Origin: an uncultured Mediterranea sp.
GTDB lineage: Bacteria > Bacteroidota > Bacteroidia > Bacteroidales > Bacteroidaceae
Length of the DNA stretch: 64,000 nucleotides
NCBI GenBank assembly: GCA_945831575.1
Contig: CAMACX010000006.1
Location: 3,135 to 67,134 of the forward strand
Direction: 5' to 3'
Below are positions 44,821-53,112 of this stretch, piece after piece. The notes under the pieces were generated by a model. The model had not been told where the DNA came from, did no database searches, and worked only from the letters and a program-made list of their open reading frames with translations. Within the stretch, counting starts at the first letter, position 1. Each line of letters opens with the position of its first letter. The translations under genes were made by a program, and so were the position numbers.

Positions 44821-44970
44821 AAGTAACTCTGCCGTACCTCTAATCCATCTCTAATCGTACTCTAATCAAACTCTAATCATTCTCTAATTCGCGATTAGAC
44901 CTGGATTAGAGTTACTTCGGAGTTACTATTGAGTTACTACGGACCTACCTTAGACCTAGATTAGACCTAC
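44821..44970. repeat. About 150 bp of motif arrays phased at exactly 11 bp: CTCTAATC x5, inverted GATTAGAS x2, GAGTTACT x3, TTAGACCT x2
   Basis: Start positions are 44838/49/60/71/82, 44893/904, 44909/20/31 and 44950/61. AAGTAACTC at 44821 is the inverse of GAGTTACTT. Confidence 0.9.
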
Positions 44971-45101
44971 GACTGACTCGCTTTTGCCCTACACAGGAAC
45001 ACTTCTTAACATTTCAGTAACAAAGAAGCCTTTACAGTCAAGCCAGTCTCAATATTTACAAATAACCGATACAATATCTTATAAGATAAAAGATAACAAC
45101 A

Positions 45102-45147
45102 ATACCTGAAAGGGGGAGAAGCAGATGCTTCTCCCCCTTTCAGGTAT
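45102..45147. terminator. Bidirectional terminator hairpin between the sulfatase and SIMPL genes
   Basis: Perfect 22-nt arms ATACCTGAAAGGGGGAGAAGCA / TGCTTCTCCCCCTTTCAGGTAT separated by 2 nt. Confidence 0.7.
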
Positions 45148-45172
45148 TTTACCCAACCGATGAGACTTGTGC

Positions 45173-45874
45173 TTACTGCTTGAGGTAGTAGTTAACGGTG
45201 GTCACCACGCGGATGCTCTTGATGTAGGGCGTATTGCTGTCGCGGTCTTCGATGACAAACTGTCCCTGCGAGGCGTTACGTATCTTGCCCAGGCGACTGT
45301 CGCTGTCCTTGGCAAACTTCTCAGCTGCGGCACGGGCGTTGCGCGTGGCCTCTTCAATCATGCGAGGCTTCACGTCGTTGAGCTTCGTGAAACTATAGGT
45401 CACGTTGTAACGGTAGTCACCCCCCGTGATGGCGATACCCTGCTTAAGCAGTTCGGCCTGCTCACCCATCAGCTGGCGCACCACATCCACACGCTGTGAG
45501 GTGACGGTAATAACCGATGTGGCATTATAACGGTAGTTCACATTCTGTGCCCCGTAGCGCTCAGCCTCCATGTCGATAATCTCAGGGGCGGCAATGCTGA
45601 TTTCCTCCTCCTGGATGCCACGGCTCTTAAGGAAGGCCACGATGGCCTGGTTCTTCTTATTTATATTGGCATAGATGGTGGTAGGGTCGTTGCCGATATC
45701 CTTAAACATCAAGGGCCAGACCACCTTATCCGCCGGCACCTCCATCTCAGCCAGTCCCTTTACCGTGACGATACGGTCCTTGGCGATAAACTCTGTAATA
45801 CCTTTCTTAACCTGACTGCCCAAAAGGAACAGTCCCACGGCGATGATAATCGCCTCCCATTTCAAGCTTTTCAT
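45173..45874 (-). CDS. SIMPL (DUF541) domain periplasmic protein
   Basis: 233-aa ORF. N-terminal TM/signal segment and a pattern typical of the SIMPL/26-kDa periplasmic immunogenic protein family. Confidence 0.75.
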   Translation of the reverse strand: MKSLKWEAIIIAVGLFLLGSQVKKGITEFIAKDRIVTVKGLAEMEVPADKVVWPLMFKDIGNDPTTIYANINKKNQAIVAFLKSRGIQEEEISIAAPEIIDMEAERYGAQNVNYRYNATSVITVTSQRVDVVRQLMGEQAELLKQGIAITGGDYRYNVTYSFTKLNDVKPRMIEEATRNARAAAEKFAKDSDSRLGKIRNASQGQFVIEDRDSNTPYIKSIRVVTTVNYYLKQ

Positions 45875-45891
45875 GCAATTTCATTTTTTAA

Positions 45892-45968
45892 GTTACGAGC
45901 TACAAGCTACGAGCTACGAGTGACATGCTACGAGTGACATGCTGCGAGCTACAAGCTATAAGCTACCA
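45892..45968 (-). repeat. Eleven heptamers (gene-strand reading YYGTAGC, i.e. GTAGCTY) forming the 5' leader of the SIMPL gene
   Basis: Counted base by base. Same motif and same sense orientation as the array at 12470. Confidence 0.9.
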
Positions 45969-45979
45969 GTTATTGTGAG

Positions 45980-45987
45980 CAAATGTA
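45980..45987 (-). promoter_or_regulatory. -7 box TAcaTTTG (minus strand) immediately upstream of the heptamer leader
   Basis: The plus strand reads CAAATGTA, 12 nt from the first heptamer. Confidence 0.4.
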
Positions 45988-46116
45988 ACGCCTTTTGGGC
46001 AGATTCTGTTCATCTTCAAGGAGAAATAGGAAGGCATTTAATATACCGACATGCTTTTTTAGTGTATTTAATTAAAAAAAGCAGGTAGAATCAGCAATCG
46101 GTTCAAGAAAAAGCGC

Positions 46117-46124
46117 TAATTTTG
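46117..46124 (+). promoter_or_regulatory. -7 box TAatTTTG upstream of nagA
   Basis: Exact match 31 nt before the ATG at 46156. Confidence 0.45.
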
Positions 46125-46155
46125 TCGGGTGAAACATAACTAACCCCTAAATCCT

Positions 46156-47322
46156 ATGTTGACTCAACTTATTAATGCAAAAATCCTCACCCCACAGGGG
46201 TGGTTGAAAGATGGCTCTGTACTGATCAGAGACGGTAAGATACTGGAAGTGACCAACTGTGACCTGGCCGTAATCGGTGCGCAGTTGATTGACGTGAAAG
46301 GCATGTACGTACTGCCCGGTGGCGTGGAGATTCACGCCCACGGCGGTGGTGGACGCGACTTCATGGAGGGCACCGAGGATGCCTTCCGCAAGGCAGCCGC
46401 TACCCATATGCAATACGGTACCACCTCCATCTTCCCGACCCTCTCCTCCAGCACCGTGCCGATGATCGAGGCCGCCGCCGAGACCTGCACCAAGCTGATG
46501 GCTGAGCCCGACAGCCCTATCCTGGGCCTCCACCTCGAAGGACACTACTTCAACATGAAGATGGCCGGCGGACAGATGCCTGAGAACATCAAGGACCCCG
46601 ACCCCAACGAATACATCCCCATCGTAGAGAAGTGGCACTGCATCAAGCGTTGGGATGCCGCACCCGAACTACCCGGAGCCATGCAATTTGGTAAATACAT
46701 CACCGGCAAGGGCATCCTGGCTTCTGTGGGCCACACGCAGGCCGAATACGAAGACATCCACGCAGCTTTCGAGGCCGGCTATAGCCACGCCACCCACTTC
46801 TACAACGCCATGCCGGGATTCCACAAGCGTCGCGAGTATAAGTATGAGGGTACTGTGGAGAGCATCTACCTGATGGATGACATGACTGTAGAGGTTGTGG
46901 CCGACGGCATCCACGTGCCCCCCACCATCCTCCGTCTGGTCTATCGCATCAAGGGCGTAGAGCGCACCTGCCTCATTACCGATGCCCTGGCCTGCGCCGC
47001 CAGCGACAGCAAGGAGGCCTTCGACCCGCGCGTCATCATCGAAGACGGGGTCTGCAAGCTGGCCGACCGCTCTGCCCTGGCTGGTAGCGTAGCCACCATG
47101 GACCGTCTGATCCGCACCATGGTGCAGAAGGCCGAAATCCCCTTGGCCGATGCCGTACGCATGGCCAGCGAGACCCCCGCACGCATCATGGGCGTAAGCG
47201 ACCGCAAGGGCTCGCTCCAGAAGGACAAGGATGCCGACATACTCGTCATGGACGAAGACCTCAACGTACGTGCCGTATGGGCTATGGGCAAGCTGGTGGT
47301 GGATAAACTGGCAAGCAAATAA
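46156..47322 (+). CDS. nagA: N-acetylglucosamine-6-phosphate deacetylase
   Basis: 388-aa ORF. Amidohydrolase HAHGGGG block and a NagA-like C-terminus. Confidence 0.9.
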   Translation: MLTQLINAKILTPQGWLKDGSVLIRDGKILEVTNCDLAVIGAQLIDVKGMYVLPGGVEIHAHGGGGRDFMEGTEDAFRKAAATHMQYGTTSIFPTLSSSTVPMIEAAAETCTKLMAEPDSPILGLHLEGHYFNMKMAGGQMPENIKDPDPNEYIPIVEKWHCIKRWDAAPELPGAMQFGKYITGKGILASVGHTQAEYEDIHAAFEAGYSHATHFYNAMPGFHKRREYKYEGTVESIYLMDDMTVEVVADGIHVPPTILRLVYRIKGVERTCLITDALACAASDSKEAFDPRVIIEDGVCKLADRSALAGSVATMDRLIRTMVQKAEIPLADAVRMASETPARIMGVSDRKGSLQKDKDADILVMDEDLNVRAVWAMGKLVVDKLASK

Positions 47323-47363
47323 TTACCAAGTAACTAGTAACCGATACTTATAGAATAAGAATA

Positions 47364-49355
47364 ATGAGAACGAATCTTAGCTCACAGATTACACTCAATA
47401 GTGTATCAACCCGTTATTACCGCCCCGAGAACGCCTTCGAGCGCTCGGTGCTGACCCGACTGGAGAAAGTCCCCACCGACATCTACGAGTCGGCAGAGGA
47501 GGGCGCTTCACAGATAGCGCTTGACATCGCACAGCTTATCCGCGACAAGCAGAAGGCCGGACGCTTCTGCGTGCTGGCCCTGGCCGGAGGAGCATCTCCC
47601 CGTGGGGTCTATGCCCAGCTCGTGCGCATGCACAAAGAGGAGGGACTGAGTTTCCGCAACGTCATCGTATTCAACCTCTACGAATACTATCCCCTGGCCT
47701 CGGATGCCGTCAACAGCAACCTCAACCAACTGCGCGAGATGCTGTTGGACCATGTGGATATTGACCGTCAGAATATCTTCAGCCCGGATAGCACCCTGGC
47801 CAAGGATGCCATCTTTGAATACTGCCGCCTCTACGAACAGCGTATCGAGAGCTACGGAGGCATAGATGTGGCCATCCTGGGCATCGGGCGTGTAGGCAAC
47901 ATCGGCTTCAACGAACCGGGCTCACGCATCAACTCCACCACCCGCCTCATCCTGCTCGACAACGCTTCGCGCAACGATGCGGCCAAAATCTTCGGCTCCA
48001 TCGACAGCACCCCCGTCAGCTCCATCACCATGGGTGTACAGACCATCCTCAACGCGCGCAAGGTCTATCTGCTGGCCTGGGGTGAAGAGAAGGCCAAGAT
48101 GATCAAGGCTTGCGTAGAGGGTAACATCACGGACACCATCCCCTCATCCTTCCTGCAGACCCACAACAACGCCCATGTGGCTATCGACCTGAGTGCCGCA
48201 GCCAACCTGACACGCATCCAGCGCCCATGGCTCGTCACCTCTTGTGAATGGAACGACAAGCTCATCCGTAGCGCCATCGTCTGGCTCTGCCAACTCACGG
48301 GCAAACCCATCCTCAAGCTGACCAACAAGGACTACAACGAGAACGGTCTGAGCGAACTGTTGGCTCTCTTCGGCTCGGCATACAATGCCAACATCAAGAT
48401 ATTCAACGACCTGCAACACACCATTACGGGTTGGCCGGGTGGTAAACCCAATGCCGATGACACCTATCGTCCGGAGCGTGCCACACCCTATCCCAAGCGC
48501 GTAGTGGTCTTCTCACCCCACCCCGATGACGATGTCATCTCCATGGGTGGCACCATCCGCCGACTGGTGGAGCAGAAGCACGACGTGCATGTGGCCTATG
48601 AGACGAGTGGTAACATTGCCGTAGGCGATGAGGAAGTAGTACGCTTCCTCCACTTCATCAACGGTTTCAACCAGCTCTTCAACAACAGCGCCGACCAGGT
48701 CATCAACGAGAAGTATGCTGAAATCCGCCAATTCCTGCGTGAGAAGAAGGATGGCGATATGGACACGCGCGACATCTTGACCATCAAGGGATTGATACGC
48801 CGTGGCGAGGCCCGCACAGCCTGCACCTACAACAGCATTCCCCTGGACCATTGCCACTTCCTCGACCTGCCCTTCTATGAGACGGGCAAGATTCAGAAGA
48901 ACCCCATCAGCGAAGCCGACGTGGAGATTGTGCGCAACCTGCTGCGCGAGATTCAGCCGCACCAGATTTTTGTGGCTGGCGACCTGGCCGACCCACACGG
49001 TACACACCGTGTCTGCACGGATGCTGTGTTTGCTGCCATCGACCTGGAGAAGGAAGCCGGTGCCGAATGGCTGAAGGATTGCCGCATCTGGATGTACCGC
49101 GGTGCCTGGGCCGAATGGGAAATCGAGAACATCGAGATGGCTGTACCTATCAGCCCCGAGGAACTGCGCGCCAAGCGTAACTCCATCCTCAAGCACCAGA
49201 GCCAGATGGAGAGTGCACCCTTCCTGGGCAACGACGAACGCCTCTTCTGGCAACGCAGCGAGGACCGCAACCGCGGCACGGCAGCCCTCTACGACAGCCT
49301 GGGTCTGGCCTCATACGAAGCCATGGAGGCCTTCGTAGAGTACAAGCCCCTGTAA
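47364..49355 (+). CDS. nagB: Glucosamine-6-phosphate deaminase, long Bacteroidota form with a C-terminal LmbE/PIG-L-like domain
   Basis: 663-aa ORF. N-terminal NagB fold (LALAGGASPRGVY). C-terminal SPHPDDDVISMGGT motif of the LmbE family. Confidence 0.85.
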   Translation: MRTNLSSQITLNSVSTRYYRPENAFERSVLTRLEKVPTDIYESAEEGASQIALDIAQLIRDKQKAGRFCVLALAGGASPRGVYAQLVRMHKEEGLSFRNVIVFNLYEYYPLASDAVNSNLNQLREMLLDHVDIDRQNIFSPDSTLAKDAIFEYCRLYEQRIESYGGIDVAILGIGRVGNIGFNEPGSRINSTTRLILLDNASRNDAAKIFGSIDSTPVSSITMGVQTILNARKVYLLAWGEEKAKMIKACVEGNITDTIPSSFLQTHNNAHVAIDLSAAANLTRIQRPWLVTSCEWNDKLIRSAIVWLCQLTGKPILKLTNKDYNENGLSELLALFGSAYNANIKIFNDLQHTITGWPGGKPNADDTYRPERATPYPKRVVVFSPHPDDDVISMGGTIRRLVEQKHDVHVAYETSGNIAVGDEEVVRFLHFINGFNQLFNNSADQVINEKYAEIRQFLREKKDGDMDTRDILTIKGLIRRGEARTACTYNSIPLDHCHFLDLPFYETGKIQKNPISEADVEIVRNLLREIQPHQIFVAGDLADPHGTHRVCTDAVFAAIDLEKEAGAEWLKDCRIWMYRGAWAEWEIENIEMAVPISPEELRAKRNSILKHQSQMESAPFLGNDERLFWQRSEDRNRGTAALYDSLGLASYEAMEAFVEYKPL

Positions 49356-49416
49356 GGCGTCTATGCACCCCTAATGCAAGTTTTCCCTAGAATTTGCATC
49401 CATAATCACACTCTAA

Positions 49417-49465
49417 CGCCCTGAAACACAATTGCCAAAGAAGGCCGTGTTTCAGGGCGATTTTT
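49417..49465 (+). terminator. Rho-independent terminator after nagB
   Basis: 13-bp stem CGCCCTGAAACAC / GTGTTTCAGGGCG followed by ATTTTT. Confidence 0.75.
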
Positions 49466-49535
49466 CGGGCCGTACCGACGCTGGACGAGCTATAACGTAC
49501 AGCCCTTGCATTAAAAACTAAACAACGAATCCAAC

Positions 49536-52472
49536 GTGAAGATAAAGACCCTCATCATACTCCTGCTCGCCACAGCGACACAGACCGCCCTGGCACAGGC
49601 CATAGAGCAAACCATAGAGCAAACCGTCGCGCAACGGTTGAACGACTACTTCAACTCCTACACGACTTCGGAGGCGGAGATCAACCGCTGCAAGCTGGAC
49701 AGCATCACCACCGACTTCAACCACCGCACCCTCACCATCTACGCCAACGAGGCTTTCGGCTACCAGCCCTTCCGCCCTGAGACCGTGGAGCGCATCTACG
49801 GCGAAATCCGCCAACTGCTGCCAGGACCGGTAAACTACTTCACACTCTCCCTGCGGACAGGGAGTTACACCATCGAGGAACTGGTACCCAATTATTACCG
49901 CACCAAGCGGAAAGAGCAGGAGAAGAGTCGCCTCTATACCGGCATCAAGGAGAAGAAGACTGCCCCCTGGGTGACCTGCACCTCAACACCCTACCGCCCC
50001 ACCAAGGGACTAGCCAATCGGCACATTTCGCTCTGGCAAAGCCACGGCCGCTACTACGTGAACCGGGAAGGGGAATGGGGGTGGCAACGTCCCCGGCTAT
50101 TCTGCACGACGGAGGACCTCTTCACACAGTCGTTTGTCCTCCCCTACCTCATCCCCATGCTGGAGCAGGCAGGGGCCGTGGTCTATACTCCACGCGAACG
50201 CGACTTGCAACGCCACGAGGTCATCGTGGACAACGATACCCCAGGCACCAGCTCCAGGTACCTTGAAGTATCGAGCCGCAAAGCCAAGTGGCAGACCACG
50301 TCAGAAAGTGGATTTGCCTATCGACGCACCATCTACCAAGACAACGAGAATCCCTTCACAGAGGGAAGCGCACGGATGATTACCACCGAGCGCAGACCCG
50401 AGAGAGCCTTTGCCGAATGGATTCCAGATATTCCCGAGACAGGCGAATATGCGGTCTATGTGAGCTATCAGACGCTGCCACAAAGCGTAACCGACGCCAA
50501 GTACAGCGTGTTTCATAGCGGCGGTGTGACCGAATTTCGCGTCAACCAGCAGATGGGAGGCGGTACGTGGGTCTATCTCGGCACCTTCCGTTTTGACCAG
50601 GGACGTAACGACTACGGCATGGTGACACTCAGCAACGAAAGTGCGGAACAGGGTGTGGTAACTGCCGATGCGGTGCGCTTCGGAGGCGGTATGGGCAACG
50701 TGGCCCGCGATGGCAAGTGCAGCGGTCTTCCCCGCTATCTGGAGGGGGCGCGCTACGGAGCTTTGTGGAACGGTATGCCCCAGGAGGTCTATAACGGCTA
50801 TCAGAGCAACAACGACTACAGCGATGACATCAACAGCCGGTCGCGCACACTCAACTACCTCAACGGCGGTTCGCCTTTCAATCCCCGCACGGAGGGACTA
50901 GGCATACCCTTCGAACTCAACCTGGCTCTCCATAGTGATGCAGGCTACCACGAGGACGATCAGCGCGTAGGTACCCTGGGTATCTACACCACCCGCTTCA
51001 ATGAGGGATTGCTGAGTGGGGGCACCAGTCGCCTGGCCTCACGCGACCTGGCCGACCTGCTGATGAGCCAGCTGAAAAGCGACCTGCAGACCGCCATGGG
51101 TAGTGGCTGGAACCGCCGCAGCCTGTGGGACCGCAACTACAGCGAGACCCGGCTCCCCTCTGTGGCGTCGTGCATCATCGAATTGCTCTCGCATCAGAAT
51201 TTTGCTGACATGGTATGGGGGCACGATCCCATCTTCAAGTTTACCGTGGGGCGCTCGCTCTACAAGGGCATCTTGCGCTTCCTCGCCACACAGCACCACA
51301 CCGACTACGTGGTACAACCTCTTCCCGTGACCCACTTTGCCATCCACTTTGGCAAGAAGAAGAATACCTTCGAGCTCAACTGGCGTCCGCAAGCCGACCC
51401 CACAGAGTCCACAGCCACAGCCGACGAATACATCGTCTATACCCGCATCGGACGAGGTGGCTTTGACAACGGCGTGCGGGTAAACGGCACTTCCTATACC
51501 GTGAAGGTGGAGCCCGGCGTGGTCTATAGCTTCAAGGTCACCGCCGTCAACCGAGGTGGTGAAAGTTTCCCGTCAGAGATTCTCAGTGCCTACAAGAGCA
51601 AGCAGAAGGAGCGGCATCGCATACTGATTATCAACGGATTCGACCGTCTGAGCGGACCGGCTGTGGTCAACACGCCAGAGCTGGCCGGCTTCAACCTGGA
51701 GCAGGATCCCGGTGTACCTTACCTGAAGGATATCTCCCTCTGTGGTTACCAGCAGGTGTTCGACCGCAAGCTGGCTGGCAAGCAGCTGGGAGAAAGTGAC
51801 GGATCACTCGAAGGACTCCAGATGGCGGGCAACACCTTCGACTACCCCTTCATCCACGGTAAGGCCATCCAGTCCTCCAGAGGTTACAGCTTTGTCTCCT
51901 GTAGCGATGAGGCGGTAGAAGAGAATCTCGTGCCACTCTATGCCTACGATGTCGTGGATTACATCCTTGGACTGGAAAAGCAGGATCAGCAAACCACCCC
52001 CTCACTCCACCGCTACTACAAGACCTTCTCCTCACCCATGCAACGTGCCCTCTCCTCCTACCTCACCATCGGCGGACGCCTGCTGGTAAGCGGGGCCTAT
52101 GTGGCTAGCGACATGCAGCAGAGTGAGAGCAACCGCCGCTTCCTGAGTGAGGTACTCAAGTGCAACTATGCCGGGACAGCCACCACCGCCGACCGATACT
52201 TCCGCGTCAACGGCATGAATCAGGAGGGACTGCTGCAACGGCTTCCCAACGAGCGTTGCTACGCCCTCCCTAAAAGCGACCGGCTGCTGCCCGCCCCGGA
52301 GAGCTTTGCTGCCATGACCTACCAGGATGGGACGACAGCCGCCGTGGCTTACAGAGGGGCAGAATACCGCACCTACGTGATGGGCTTTCCCCTGGAATGC
52401 GTCTCTGACGAGAAGGTCAGACAACAATGGATGGCCTCCATTTTGCAGTTCCTGACCACGAAAAACAAATAA
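49536..52472 (+). CDS. Large secreted amidase_3-like (MurNAc-LAA fold) protein with an inserted golvesin-C-like domain (homologues are often labelled xanthan lyase)
   Basis: 978-aa ORF with a GTG start and a signal peptide. Split amidase-like blocks (HISLWQSHGRYY, ELNLALHSDAG, ELLSHQNFADM). Function uncertain. Confidence 0.55.
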   Translation: MKIKTLIILLLATATQTALAQAIEQTIEQTVAQRLNDYFNSYTTSEAEINRCKLDSITTDFNHRTLTIYANEAFGYQPFRPETVERIYGEIRQLLPGPVNYFTLSLRTGSYTIEELVPNYYRTKRKEQEKSRLYTGIKEKKTAPWVTCTSTPYRPTKGLANRHISLWQSHGRYYVNREGEWGWQRPRLFCTTEDLFTQSFVLPYLIPMLEQAGAVVYTPRERDLQRHEVIVDNDTPGTSSRYLEVSSRKAKWQTTSESGFAYRRTIYQDNENPFTEGSARMITTERRPERAFAEWIPDIPETGEYAVYVSYQTLPQSVTDAKYSVFHSGGVTEFRVNQQMGGGTWVYLGTFRFDQGRNDYGMVTLSNESAEQGVVTADAVRFGGGMGNVARDGKCSGLPRYLEGARYGALWNGMPQEVYNGYQSNNDYSDDINSRSRTLNYLNGGSPFNPRTEGLGIPFELNLALHSDAGYHEDDQRVGTLGIYTTRFNEGLLSGGTSRLASRDLADLLMSQLKSDLQTAMGSGWNRRSLWDRNYSETRLPSVASCIIELLSHQNFADMVWGHDPIFKFTVGRSLYKGILRFLATQHHTDYVVQPLPVTHFAIHFGKKKNTFELNWRPQADPTESTATADEYIVYTRIGRGGFDNGVRVNGTSYTVKVEPGVVYSFKVTAVNRGGESFPSEILSAYKSKQKERHRILIINGFDRLSGPAVVNTPELAGFNLEQDPGVPYLKDISLCGYQQVFDRKLAGKQLGESDGSLEGLQMAGNTFDYPFIHGKAIQSSRGYSFVSCSDEAVEENLVPLYAYDVVDYILGLEKQDQQTTPSLHRYYKTFSSPMQRALSSYLTIGGRLLVSGAYVASDMQQSESNRRFLSEVLKCNYAGTATTADRYFRVNGMNQEGLLQRLPNERCYALPKSDRLLPAPESFAAMTYQDGTTAAVAYRGAEYRTYVMGFPLECVSDEKVRQQWMASILQFLTTKNK

Positions 52473-52509
52473 ATCGCCCCAACATGATGCGGATATGCGC
52501 GGAAAAGCC

Positions 52510-52517
52510 TATCTTTG
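52510..52517 (+). promoter_or_regulatory. -7 box TAtcTTTG upstream of the 52535 operon
   Basis: Exact match 17 nt before the ATG at 52535. Confidence 0.45.
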
Positions 52518-52534
52518 CCTCCGTATTTATTTAA

Positions 52535-52876
52535 ATGACTCAAATCATGTTTACTATTCAAGCCAACCCGAGCGGTACCCGCTCGATGAACGTGTCCGAG
52601 GAAAACCTGGCCACGATTGAGAAATATGGCCTGTTCCGTCACCTGATAGACAGCAACGGCATTGTGGATGAGAGCGTGCTCGAAAAGCTGCGCCTCAACA
52701 TCCGCGACCTGATTGCCTCGCAAGAAGGCAACTGCAAGGATTTGCTCGACCTCTGCATTGACGTGATATACCATAGCAACATGAAGGCCTTCGGGCTCAA
52801 CCAGCTGATTATCCTCTACCTGCAATGGCTCAACCAACCTGAGGAGGAGACGGCAGAAGCAGAAGAGAAGTTATGA
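52535..52876 (+). CDS. Hypothetical 113-aa protein
   Basis: ORF with an ATGA overlap to the next gene. No motif recognised. Confidence 0.55.
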   Translation: MTQIMFTIQANPSGTRSMNVSEENLATIEKYGLFRHLIDSNGIVDESVLEKLRLNIRDLIASQEGNCKDLLDLCIDVIYHSNMKAFGLNQLIILYLQWLNQPEEETAEAEEKL

Positions 52877-53085
52877 AGACCATCGACACTTGTGGCCCCA
52901 TGCCCTACAGTCCGCTGATTCCCGCCGTCAAGGCCATCTGCGAGGCTCAGCAGGGAGAGACACTCGAGATTGTGATCGACAAGGAGCAGGTCTTTGCCGA
53001 TCTCAAGGAGTTTCTCGCCGAACAGGGCATAGGCTTCCGCGAAATCTACGACCGCGAGAAGATGAGGTTGCAATTTACGAAATAA
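52873..53085 (+). CDS. TusA/SirA-like small sulfur-carrier-fold protein (tentative)
   Basis: 70-aa ORF. The N-terminal Cys loop DTCGPMPYSPL, followed by GETLEIV, resembles the TusA CPxP region. Confidence 0.45.
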   Translation: MKTIDTCGPMPYSPLIPAVKAICEAQQGETLEIVIDKEQVFADLKEFLAEQGIGFREIYDREKMRLQFTK

Positions 53086-53112
53086 CCCAAAGGCTCTGCT
53101 GAAACCAACGAC

